Source: Guillardia theta CCMP2712 (Eukaryota; Protista; Cryptophyta). Taken from it: DNA of 64,000 bases. This document shows positions 9,705-21,120 of this stretch, piece after piece. The notes beneath the pieces were generated by a model. It was not told the DNA's origin. It saw nothing but the letters and a program-made list of their open reading frames with translations, and did not search any database. Where the stretch lies: contig NW_005434649.1 of NCBI RefSeq assembly GCF_000315625.1, positions 495,828-559,827 of the forward strand, in the 5' to 3' direction. Position numbers and translations under genes: made by a program. Position 1 is the first letter of the stretch; the number at the start of each line of letters is the position of its first letter.

Positions 9705-10962
9705 CTTACAGGATTGTTTCTCGTGCAAGAGTGACAAACGTCCTGTCAACGAAGATCAGAGTCGATCTAGCGATACAGCAGATATTGTGCCCAAAAGGTG
9801 AGATATACACGCAAGCGATGATTGTCACAGAGCAAGCTTTGTTGCCTTTTGTGTTTCCGAAATTGCACAAGGAACAAGAACGTTCAAGACACACGAAGAG
9901 AAGAAGAAACCATTGCAGCAAAGACGCTCACGAACATACTGATGAGCAATGTAAGATACCATGAAAGAACAAAGGAACTAGAGCAATCGAGCATAAAATA
10001 TTCAGGCAAAGCAGTTTCCCCCAAATATTCTGAAATTCTGCGACAAATGCCAAAGTTGACCAGGAGAACAATGTGAAGGCGGCAAGTAATCACAAGATTT
10101 CATCATCATCTTCAATGCCAACCATCAATCAGCCCAAGAATCAAACAGATCGCAAACAAGTTCAGCATGAAGGCAAGTCAATCAACCCAAACCAAACACT
10201 AATACTCAAGCCGAGGCAAGGGGACCAACAAGAGCCCCTGCAGCAGTGAAGCAGTGAATGAGGGCAGGGACTGTGACAGAAAGTGATTATTCATGCATGG
10301 AAGGTGGTAGGGAGAGGAGGGAGAGGAGCGAAACGGGTCCATGTGCTATTTCATATCGCCCTGCCCAGCATGCCGCGCAGAGCCGCGGGAGGCCGCCTCA
10401 AAGGGATTTTTAGAACAGTACCGGAGCAACTTTTAGTGAAAAAGTCAAGTACCATATATTTTAATTATAAAATAATTGCCAGAACAAATAACACTATCTA
10501 CCAGTATCTGTACCTTGGGTAGGATATTTCGTGAATCATTCCAGAAATATGACCTGAAATTGCAAGTTTCTTGAGACAAATTCAGACTTGGTGAAATATG
10601 AACCAATGTAAAGTTGTAGAATCAGCCGCAAGCCTTCCCATTCCGATACAAAATAATATATTTTTAATTTAATAAATCTGAATTACAACCAAACAGTAGA
10701 AATTTAGAAATAGAATTTGTACCCATTACCGTGTATTAAAATAATGTAATAAAGAAGCACTTCCCTCCCCAGGATAATAATCTAAATCTTTAGTCAATAT
10801 GGAATCGTGGAATGAACCTTTATAGTCAACAATTGACTACGATCGTGCTCCCCGATTTGACGAAAGAATGGCGGCGCTGCGTGGGGTTGGCTGAGGCGGC
10901 GAATGCTGGCGGCGGTAGAGGAGAGACATTGAGAGCAGGAGGTCAAGAGAGATCTTGCAGTG

Positions 10963-13816
10963 ATGAAGCTTCACTGGCAATGCTGGTCGTTGTTGCTGGC
11001 CTGTCTGTGCTTTTGCAGCGGAAAGGAGAGCAGATTTCTACCGAAAGGTCCGTCAAAGCTGCAAGCAAAGCTGACGAGCGCAAGATGGATGAAGGACAGA
11101 GTGACGAAGCCCAGCCTGGAGAATGTAAATCAGAACCAGAAGCAGCTTGCGCACCTCGTTAGCAGAGGTGTTGCCCACCACTCATTTTATCCTCAAGCCA
11201 CCTGCGTTTCCGTGTTGTGCCTCTGAATTGTTGATACTTTTCTTGAGCCATTGCTCTCGAGAGCTTAATGGGATCAGCACTCTTCTGACTATCTTGAAGG
11301 TCTCCAGCATCGAGGACCTCAGCTGATCAGGCCTCCTGGCAACATGCCGGCTCTTGTCTGCCAGAGGGTGAATGGTGTGGATGGCAAGTGGGGTCTTCTG
11401 TGTAAACCACTTCCTCCGACAAACACGTCAGGTGGACCACCTCGAATCCCTCTCTCTCTCTCTCCCCACCCACCTTCCCATCCCGTTTGCCCTCCCTGCT
11501 CCCCTCTCCCCTCTTACTCTTTCCGTTCCTGCCTCCAACCCTCTCATGAAATCTCCCCCCTCCCCCTAGCTCTTGTTCTCCCCCTGCAACCACCCGCTTC
11601 TCTGTCCGTATGTCCTCTTTCCTCCCTCCACCAGCTTCTGTCATGATGGAGCTCTCGAGCAGATGAGAACTCTACGGACATCCGGGCAGCACAGAAGATC
11701 GCAGACGAGCTAGCCCGTCAGGTGCGTCCCGTCCTCCGACGTCGAGCCCGCGCAGCTTCAGCTCGTTGAGAGTTCACAGGCGGCCGTGTTGAAGCCTACC
11801 AGGGCGAGGCATCTTCATCTGACTCCTGCTGTCTATCAGTGGCAGGCAACTCCACAGTTGCTCCCTTGCTGCACCTTCCGCTGATCCTCGTGGGCAGGCG
11901 AGCTCCACCTTTACCTACATCAAGAAGTGACAGCTCTGCTCGCTCGCTCTCTTCCTCGTCCTCACTTGTAAGACGCAGCAAGAAGCACTTCTACAATGTG
12001 CACTATGCGGACTCGTCAGCTCTTAAGATCAAGACAGGATTGGATGTGGTTGAGCTCGGTAGGGATCCCTTCCTTGTTGGATCTCAAGTGACTCCATGGG
12101 TCCAGGCCCTTACCGTTTCTTCTCAAGATTCGGCCTAATCGAGGAAGCAGTCTCAGGAAGACCAGGTTTGACTGCTCCAAGGGCAGGAGAGAGCTCATGT
12201 TCTCCTTCTCCCTTGTGTCTTTGCAGGAGCCGACTTGCAAGGAGCGGACGGGATTCTTGGGTTCGGCTACACAGACCTCCCACGAAGCGCGTCCTTGTGA
12301 GATCCGTGCATGGAGGGTGAAGATGTTCACTCATCTGCCTTGCTCCGCAGGATGAAGACGATCACGCGTAGAAGAAGGCCGAGCTGGAACGTAACTCAGG
12401 TTCAACTCGTCGTTGGGCTTCAGTCTCTTCCACTCGCTCATCTGGTGTGCAATGCAGCCGGCTTCATTCCCGATTCTCCGTCACAACATTTTTTCGGTTC
12501 TTTCATCAAGCACTGCGGGAGAGCTCCAGGTCCGAAGGAGTTGATCCAGTCAGCGATGTTGACCTTGTGTGTACAGCTCGGTGGGTACGACAGTCGGTCG
12601 TATGAGGGCGACATCATGGTGATGGAAGCTTGCGAGACGCTGCGATGCTTCTGAGACCTTCGTCAGTGGACGAAGATGGTCAACCTGACGGGTTACGGTG
12701 TGAAGATAGTCTCAGTTCAGTATGCGGGAAGGTTGATCCTCCAGGAAATGTTCCTTCCGATACTCACTGCAATGGTTTACCTTCAGGGAGCTGCTCGAGC
12801 TAGGACCCAAAGGGAGGCACTTCGGCGGGATCCTCGGAGTGTTCGACACAGGAAGGTGAGGGTTGCTCTTGTGTGGACCGGAGGCCCGGCCACCCTCGAG
12901 ACAAGTTGAAACTCGTTCAACAGCACATGTCTAGAAATGCCCCGCGGTCTCTTCCAAGGGTACTACATGTCCAGGTGGGACTGACGGCACAGAGAGCACA
13001 ACAACCCTGATTGTTCCTTAGCTTGTTCGACAACTTTGCGAGTCTCGCCTCCGGCAACCCGACGTTGCCCATCATTGTGTGGAGCGGACCAAAGTGGGAG
13101 AAGGAGGTGACGGTGGGTTCAGGTGGTGCTGGATGGAGGGGTCAAATTGGAGATCCCGCAGGTCTGCGCGCGAGGGAGTTGGGAGGTTGGTTGAAAAGTG
13201 CGACCAGAATGTATGGAGCGAACCGTGGGGATGTACGAACCCATTTGAATCGGACAACCTGATGCTGTTTGGTCATCATGTCTTCAGAGCGTACATGGTA
13301 AACTTGCAAGTCTCTGTCAATGACCTCGATCCTGTCCTTTGAAGTCGTCCCACTGACCCTCCTCGCCGTCGTGCTTGTTCTCTCCCTCTCCCTCCTTCTC
13401 CTCCTCCTCGCCGTTATCCTTCCTATCTTCAGCAAGAAAATCTGTACCATCATCGTCGACCTCCTGCTATCCTTCTGTCACTTGTTCTCATCTTCGTTCA
13501 GGTCATTCACTCCATGGTCCCTCCTCACTACAAGATGGGCTTTGCCAAGATTGCTAAGGTGCCATAGTGGTCGACACATGTCTGTAGCTAACATGTTCTC
13601 AGGATTACCTGCCTCTTATAGGCAAGCAGAAGAGTCGAAACGTTGATGACAACGATCCGGCCAAGGTTGTCTCCTTTCTGATTCAGTGATTGCCTTGTTG
13701 GCTCTGAGACGGCTGAGTCGCATGTTTCAGATCCCTCTCTCCCTCGAAACGCGAGTTCATTTGTTCATCACAATCAATATTGGAACCCCCCCACAGGTTC
13801 CTGTCGAAATCTTGAC

Positions 13817-13883
<67 letters not shown>

Positions 13884-13884
13884 C

Positions 13885-13923
<39 letters not shown>

Positions 13924-14162
13924 GGAGGAGGAGGAGGAGGAGGAGGATGAAAAGTGACGGACTGTAATCCATAGTGTTTGACAGGCTTTTCGCTGTGTGT
14001 TTGATACTGGATCCATTCTCCTCGCAGTTTTCAGCGGCAACGTAACATCAGGTATCTCAGTCGTGTTTTTTAATGTGAACAACTCTCATGGTAGTTCAAA
14101 CAGCAATGACGGTGCAGTATGAAGCGAAGATAGCAAAGAGGGCAGCACTTGCTCGGATGTAA
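10963..14162 (+). CDS. Secreted pepsin-like (A1) aspartic protease, apparently circularly permuted, multi-exon
   Basis: Signal peptide MKLHWQCWSLLLACLCFCSG. Spliced motifs in order: SSTF...FYNVHYADSS, DGILGFG, LGGYDSRSYEGDI/W, GVFDTGS/TCLEMP, LFGHHVFRAYM, KMGFA, then IPL...ITINIGTPPQ/AFRCVFDTGSILLAV. Putative TAA at 14160-14162. Confidence 0.8.
13820..13946 (+). repeat. (GAT)n followed by (GAG)n microsatellite inside an intron of the protease gene
   Basis: About 34 GAT units then about 8 GAG units, lying between the GTPPQ donor and the AFRCVFDTGS acceptor. Confidence 0.95.
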
Positions 14163-14804
14163 CCCTTGTGCCTGCCCAGACTTTGTCACCCTCACCTCTC
14201 CGCAGAACTGCTCGTAAGGAGCTGGCAAAAGCTGCAGCAGGTCCTGGTTCTACTCCTCTACATCTTGATAGCTGAGTCGCAATGTCAGGACTAAACAAAG
14301 ACAGCTCCAGGACAAGTCGGCTCGTTCTCATCGGGGGGATCGGGATACTTACTCTGGGTATGTCGAAACGTTGCCCCGAGAGTCACGAGCCATCGGTTGA
14401 CCTGCATTGCAGGATTGATGTACATCATGAGGTTGTTGTTCAACAGATTTCGGCGCCGGCCGATGATACGATCGGTCGCGTCGAAGATCTGAAAGTCTCG
14501 TTGCGCCGCTGGCCCCTCCTTCCTCTCTAGTTCATCTGTTTCTCCATGTTTTCTGCCTTCAGCTCCGCTCGCTTGCTCGTCTCCCGGCCCGCGGCGCAGA
14601 TTTTCTGCACGGCATCAATCTTCTTAACGAGAACCACAACCAAAAACGCGATGCTGGTCTAATTGAAGTTTATTGTTTAGCCCTCGGAAAGTATGTACAT
14701 TCAGCCTGATCATTCTAAATGAACATGTTCTAATCTCTATGTACAATCAACATCATGTTTCACACAAGCTCATCACCACGTCGCTGCAACTGTTCTCCTG
14801 CTAG

Positions 14805-15251
14805 TCAGCAGTTCACTTCTTCAGGCCGTTCTTGCTTCTCCATCACTTCGACTGCTATGTTGTTCATCGGAAACATAACTGTCGCCCCGGCAGGCCCACA
14901 AGCATCCAGCAGATGCGAAGGAGGTTCAAGATCATCGCAAATCAGATGTTCCTCACTCACGGAGTGCAATTCCATTTTCTTCATCTCCTTCTCGAGTACA
15001 ACCGACGGGGCAGATGTCATAAGTGCGGCAGAGGTGTGGAACGATGCGTCTATGTGACTTGTTGCAAGAGGAACCTGAACAGCGAACGAGGAATCCTGCG
15101 CGTGTTCACCCGACAATGAAGAATGGCCAATGCTGGCAGCTTGTTGTGCATGCTGCCTTTCCTTTATGCAGAATCCGACTAGTGCGCAAGTTCCATGAGA
15201 GCAAGTGGGCCCGGATTTCTTGGGTCGTTGGAAAGAGCACATCCCGATCAC
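14805..15251 (-). CDS. Hypothetical protein (possible exon)
   Basis: 148-aa ORF with protein-like composition; no recognisable domain. Confidence 0.3.
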   Translation of the reverse strand: MIGMCSFQRPKKSGPTCSHGTCALVGFCIKERQHAQQAASIGHSSLSGEHAQDSSFAVQVPLATSHIDASFHTSAALMTSAPSVVLEKEMKKMELHSVSEEHLICDDLEPPSHLLDACGPAGATVMFPMNNIAVEVMEKQERPEEVNC

Positions 15252-17919
15252 AGCAAATCAAGGAGAATAAACTGTGCTAATAAAAACGATGAGAAGGGCG
15301 GTGCCGCTAGTGCAAGCCAAGGATCGGTTTTCAGCTCGTGAGGGCGAGAAGACAAGGAATTAAGGTGCGATGCGGGCGATGAAGAAGACGGGGGAGGCGG
15401 AAAAGACTAGCAGAGATGAAGAATGGCGAAGGGGAGCACCACCAGGATAGTCGACAACGAGGACAAGGAGAGGAAAGGCAGGGGTCACGGGGGGCGGGGG
15501 GGGCGAGGATGCGAGGATCGGAGGGCGAAGAACTGAGTTATAACAGAGAAAACTGCCTGAGGATAGGAAGGTATAAAGAAAGTGCCGGGGGTACTCAATT
15601 GGGGGTACCTGGTAATTACAGGGTGGTGTTCCAGAAGGGGTCCATAAAAGGACCCCATCTCTTTGCCCACTTCCAAAAAATTGCTCCCCTGAATCTGAAT
15701 GGTGGGTCCCTATGGATGATGATGGGGTGTAAAAGCAATTTTGTGATTATGCACCGGTATATTTGTATGCATTCTCCACGGTCCTTTGTACCATTGCAGG
15801 TAGGGGTCCTGGGGCATCCCAAACTTTGGGGGTAGGGTCATTTCATTTCGCAATGAGTGACTTGCGGAAAGGAAAGGTTGAATGGAAATGGGGTGGGACT
15901 ATTGTTTGGGAGTAGGGCATTCTTTTGACTAGGGTAGGGGTGGGGGTAGCTCAAGTTGGTGGGATCCATGGGTGAGAACGTGTACCACCCCAACTTGAAC
16001 GCCAGGGTAGAAACAGGTTACACACAGGGGTGACAGCAGGTTTACTTGATCGCCAACGGAAGGCATTCAGATATTCACTGAAAACTACGAAAATGTTAAA
16101 ACTATTTGTTGTTAAAGTGTTCATATTAACTCGTAATATTTGAATTATATTTCATATTTTCAGGTATATGATTCGGTGGCGGGCCATCTGAATTTCCACG
16201 GTTTGTGTCGGACCGGTCACGAGGTACCTCGCTAGTCTCGTTGCGATCTGACTTGAAAACGATACTTTTCGAGTAAGTTACTCCTTCTTTACTACATCTG
16301 TTGTGACCGGGCAGGGAAGTCATCCAGGGCGTTGAGAGGAAGGGGGGTGGTAGCCCCCAGAAAAGTTGTGGCTGGTACTGTTGTACCCTATGAAAGTTTA
16401 GTCAATTACACCAGTCTGACCTCAAAGATAAAGATAAGTAAAACTAGAAAGGGAGATTGTGGTACGATTTGAGTAGTAAGTAACGATTCATTGGTACCTT
16501 ACAATGGTGGAGGGTGGTGTGAACAAATATTTCCTCAGCACCGTGTATCTGGTGTCAGCACCAAGTTCATAATCGGGAAGGTTAAGCCTAGCAACTAGCA
16601 GGTATATTCTATTCAATCCGAGATTTTTTGTGTGCTCTAATTTCTCCGAAGCGATATCTAATTCATCAGTCCCCTTACGGTATTGCCATAGTCAAAATAT
16701 ACTTGATCCCACTCAATCAAATGCCTCTCTCTGCTACGGTTCCAAGGTCACTCATTTAAGATACAGGAACCATCAAGATCATTCGTCATCCATGTTCACG
16801 GCTTTCACTCCGAAAGAAATGCACCCCCACCCCCTGAATTACCTCCAAGTACCGTGCCATAATGCGCGTGCCGTAAAAGAACCCTGGCAAATCCCTGCGG
16901 AGCAGGCCGGGCCGACGGGTGGTACGGAGGTGACGGCTGTTCTCCGAGTCTGTGACAGTACCCCGCCCTTCTACCCTGGAGTTTCTTCGATTGGGCCCTC
17001 TAGCTCAAACCGTTTGACTCAGCGAATGGTCCTCTCCGAGGCTCTACCTGCGCCTGGCGTGTGACTCCGATGCAGTCACAGACCTGACGGCGTGACTGCC
17101 AGCTGCTCGAGATCATCCCCACAACCCTCCCAGTGCTGGCGAGCTCTGGAATCAGGGGGTACTTGCTCACAACTCAGCCTCCTCTGCCCCCCACCCTCGC
17201 GTGCCGCAGTGCACAGCGGCCGCAACTTCGCTACGTCACGTAGTAGAGGCAGTATGCCATGATGACTGAGGCTAATGCTGAGCCGCTGACTCTGTGACCC
17301 GGACCGGCGGCAGTCACCCGGCGTTCAGCCCGGCCGCCGGTACCCGGTCAGGTCTCGCCAGCGGCCCGGCCGGCCGTGGCACGTCGGAGTACGGTCCGAC
17401 CGTCGGACTGGTCTACGGCCTACCGTTGACCGCAAGTTAGTTGTCTGTCAGTGATCAAGTTCTCGGACCGCTGCCACCGACCCGGGAGTGCTCCAAGTCA
17501 CATTCCTGTCTCAGTTACTGCGGCGGCGGCCGGGCGGCCCCAGAAAACCGTACGGCGCCGGCGGCCGCCGGCGCTGGGCAGACAGGCTGCGGCCGCCCAT
17601 CATGGACACCACTGAGCGGGACCGGCGGCGGCATGGAACAGGACTCCTCTCCGTTCGGTCTTTCTCTGTCAGAGAGGGCTGAGTCCTGTTCGATATCAGC
17701 CAAGTGAATGATATGAGGAAAAATCTAGCCTGCGGGAAACAAGGAAAGGATGCAAGTGCCCGGCAAACAGTGCCAAAATGAGGCTAGAAAGAAAGTTCTG
17801 GACTGGAGGGAATATGAAGTTCGCATGCAGCACCATGCAGGTACACGTGGTCGATGTCAAGACTTGCTTGTCTTGCTTGTCATGACGGCTTGTCACGGCG
17901 ACCCTGCCAAAACTGAGCT

Positions 17920-18058
17920 CATTCCAGCCTTCCTTTCCTGAACGACACTGAGCTAGAATTGCAAGCCTTCCTTTCCTGGAGGACACTAAGCGCACCTAAC
18001 ATTCCAAGCCTTCCTCTCCGGGAAGACACTGACAGGCTAGCATTCCAATAGACACTGC
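17920..18058 (+). repeat. Degenerate ~38-42 bp minisatellite (ATTCCAAGCCTTCCTTTCCTG..GACACTGAGCTAG), ~3.5 copies
   Basis: AGCCTTCCT(T/C)TCC and GACACT recur at about 40-bp spacing. Confidence 0.75.
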
Positions 18059-18433
18059 ACGACTGTCTTGACTTCATCTCCAACCCCTCAAAGGAGGAAG
18101 GAGCTTTTTGTCAAAGGATTCACCCATCTCAATTGCACGGTCTCCCTGCTTGCTTGTAGTGTAAACAACACCGTCCGCGAGCCACCAATGCCTTCAGCCA
18201 AGTGCGTGATAACAGCCACACACCACTCTCAATGGTCCACTGAGTACATGCATGCATGTCCGCTCGACCCTCGCCCATCCCTCTTGCTGGGTTTGGGCGG
18301 GTCGCAAAAACTTGGGCTACCCGGGATGTACCGGGGCGGGCCTTGCTGGGACCTCCCGTATGAGAATTTTCACTCAAAGTTGACTTACAAAATTGTATCT
18401 CCAAGTTGGTGGGGGATGTGGTTTACGGAGCCC

Positions 18434-21120
18434 ATGTTGTCGTTCCTCCTCCTGCTCCTCCTGCTCCTCCTGCTCCTGCTCCTGCTCCTCCTCCTCCTCC
18501 TTTTGAAGCGAAGCCTGAGCCAGCAGGGGAGTGCTGATGAAGAGGGCCATGATGGGAAGGAGGAGATCGACAAGGCATGGGATGAGAACAAGGACCTAGA
18601 CCTGCATTGCGACTACCTGGTGGTGGGAGGAGGCTGCTCTTCCTGCAGCCTGGTTGCATGCCTGGCCGCAGCTGGCAAGAGTGTCGTTGTTGTCGAGGCA
18701 GGAGGTGCTGAGCCCTGGGAGCGAAAAGTCGTGGACGACCCGCAAAGTTGGTTCGCTGCTGCGTCGCATGGTCGACCTGTATCGAGGTTGGCTAGAGCAG
18801 GCATGCCTACCAACGCCTCATGTTGTTGCCAGGCTGTACCGGACTGTTCCTCAACTGGCCGTGCTGTCCAAACTAATGCCTGCCTTCAGAGGGGAAGGGT
18901 TTGGGGGGACGGGAAACGTGAACGCATGCATCTGGTGCAGGGGACGGAGGGAGGACTACCAACAGTGGCCATGGAAGCTTGAGGTGAGTTCAGCCGACTC
19001 GGTAGGATCTGCATGTTGAGGAGTCTGCTACCTATCAGGATATCGAGAAGGGTTTCGAATTCGCGGAGCGCTCCTTGCGCGTGAAACGGGTTCCAGCCAA
19101 GGGAAGCGGAGCTGCAATGTGTGCTATGATGCGGGAGAGTGGGTTCAAGACGGTGAGCTGAGGTCTTGAGCTTCGATACAATAAGAACTGATTTGATGTG
19201 ACAAGTGCAAAGAAGAATTGTGGGCAGAGGACGGAGTGGCCGAAGGTTTGTATGCGACTGTCCAAGGTAAGGCAAAGGATTTTTGCAAAATCCTGAGTGG
19301 TGGATATGAGTTCGATGAGTTGTGCTCGGCAGGTGAAGCAGGAACCAGAACAAGTGCATGGAAAGAGCTTGTGAGCCCATGGATTGCCAAAGGAAGAGTG
19401 AAAGTCTACCCGCACTGCAACGTGTCAAGAGTAATCTTCGACCGCAAGAAGGTGACAACGGGTGCCATGGTCCATGCCTGATATGAGAGGAAGGCGGTCG
19501 GGGTCGAGATTTGGCGGAGGAGGAAAAGCTTCTTCAAGCAGGAGGAGGGCACTCTACGTCTGATGCTCAGCAACCCCATGGCAGAAGTGAGTGTACGAGG
19601 AGTGTAGGACTGATTTTCTTACCACCTCGTCTTCCCTCCCACTCACTCCGTGCTAGGTAGTTCTTTGTGCCGGGGCCTTCGATAGCCCCAAGATCCTTCT
19701 GCTGTCAGGAATTGGAGACCCCGAGGAGCTCGAAGAGGTCCTTTGTCGCATGCAGAGCCGTTTCTGCTGACCCGATGAACAGAAAACCGTTCCTCCTTTG
19801 ATCAACAACCCCAACGTCGGAAGGCACCTGCAGGTTCGCACGCTTGGTTGCCTCGTCCCTGGTCCCTCAGCCCTCACTTGTCAGGATCACTTGATTCTCG
19901 TCGCTGCGTTTGCTGCTCGCAAGCCGTTGCGCAGCTGCGACACGAACGACATCGGGACGCACGGGATGTGCCATGTCACTATCCGACGCGGTGCTGTAAA
20001 CAGCCGCCCTTGAGCCCTGAACTGAAACCCCTCCATCCAGAGTCTCGACGCCGACATGGGCAGATCCTGTTCAAAGATTCCTGGAATGCGTGGGAAGTTT
20101 TACCCGAGCTCTGCTCCGGTAATTTGACTTTGCGGACAAGCGACTCCTTGTGCTGAAACTTTCCGAAGGGATGGTGCTGGGTCAAAATATCGGCAGTGAA
20201 GTCATCAGCAGGGTGGTGCTGATCGTTTGCAAGCTTGTCTTCTACATCCCTGGCATCAAGTGGATGCTGCGGCAAAGCCTGACTGCAGGGATCTGCATGA
20301 TGGACCCGAGGAGCAGGGGGAGAGTGAGGTTGAGGAGCAATGACCCGAGGGACCCGCCGCTGTAACAGCCTGACGCGGATGGTGTGGAGGGGTCTGATGT
20401 GTATGCTGCAGGATCGACCCTCGTTACCTGAGCGAGGAGAGTGACCTTGTCCTCCTGCACGACCTGTGGAGCACCTTCAAGAGCGTCAAGACGAGCCCGT
20501 CGGCGAAGGAGTGGATCTTGGCAGAGTACCTTTGTGTTCTCCTCCTGAACCTTCCTTCTTGACTTTCTCGCACCAGGCTCTTGCCAGGCGCTCCGCTGAT
20601 GTATGGAGAGAGCATGAGTTGGTTCAAGTGGTGGGTCAAGCTAGCGTGCTCCTCCTACTTCCATCCCGTCGGCACTTGTCGCATGCCGTCGGGGAAGGAG
20701 TGGGAGACGAGGCAGAGCAACGAGCTCTCCTCTGTCAGCGTCGTCGATGCGTTCCTGAGGTTCGCCTCCCACTTGCCTCTCCTTCCTCCTCCTCCCTCTC
20801 CCCCCCTCCTCTCGTTCCTCCCCCCGCAACCCCTCCCCCCCTCCTCTCGTTCCTTCCCCCCCCCCTCCTCTCGTTCCTCCCCCCCCCTCCCTCCGAGTCC
20901 CCTTCTCTCCTTCCTCCTCAAATCCCAGTGGGTCTGCCCTAACAAACTTGGCAGAGTGCATGGGACCGTCGGTCTGAGGATAGCGGATTGCTCCGTCGCT
21001 CCTCGCATCCCTTCAGCGCCTACTCAGGCCATGGCCTACATGATCGGCTACCAGGCCGCCCAGCTGATGTTGGGCACTCGAACACCCAAAGTAGGGAGAG
21101 AAGAATCAGAAACCCGGTGA
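18434..21120 (+). CDS. GMC (glucose-methanol-choline) oxidoreductase, multi-exon
   Basis: DYLVVGGG...VVVVEAGG FAD fold, RGEGFGGTGNVNACIWCRG, LCAGAFDSPKILLLSGIG, NPNVGRHLQ/DHL, PRSRGRVRLRSNDP, FHPVGTCRM, GLRIADCSVAP. The start is uncertain (poly-Leu leader from ATG 18434). Confidence 0.9.

Noticed and set aside
13686-14082. Poly-Met / poly-Ile / poly-Ser ORFs
   Set aside because: Translations of an intronic (GAT)n microsatellite.
15942-16020. tRNA-like 5' sequence GGGGGTAGCTCAAGTTGGT (A-box-like)
   Set aside because: No T-arm/B-box (GGTTCGA) and no acceptor-stem pairing downstream; better explained as part of a short inverted repeat.
17920-18058. CRISPR-like periodicity
   Set aside because: Units are contiguous and degenerate with no unique spacers; eukaryotic context and no cas genes.
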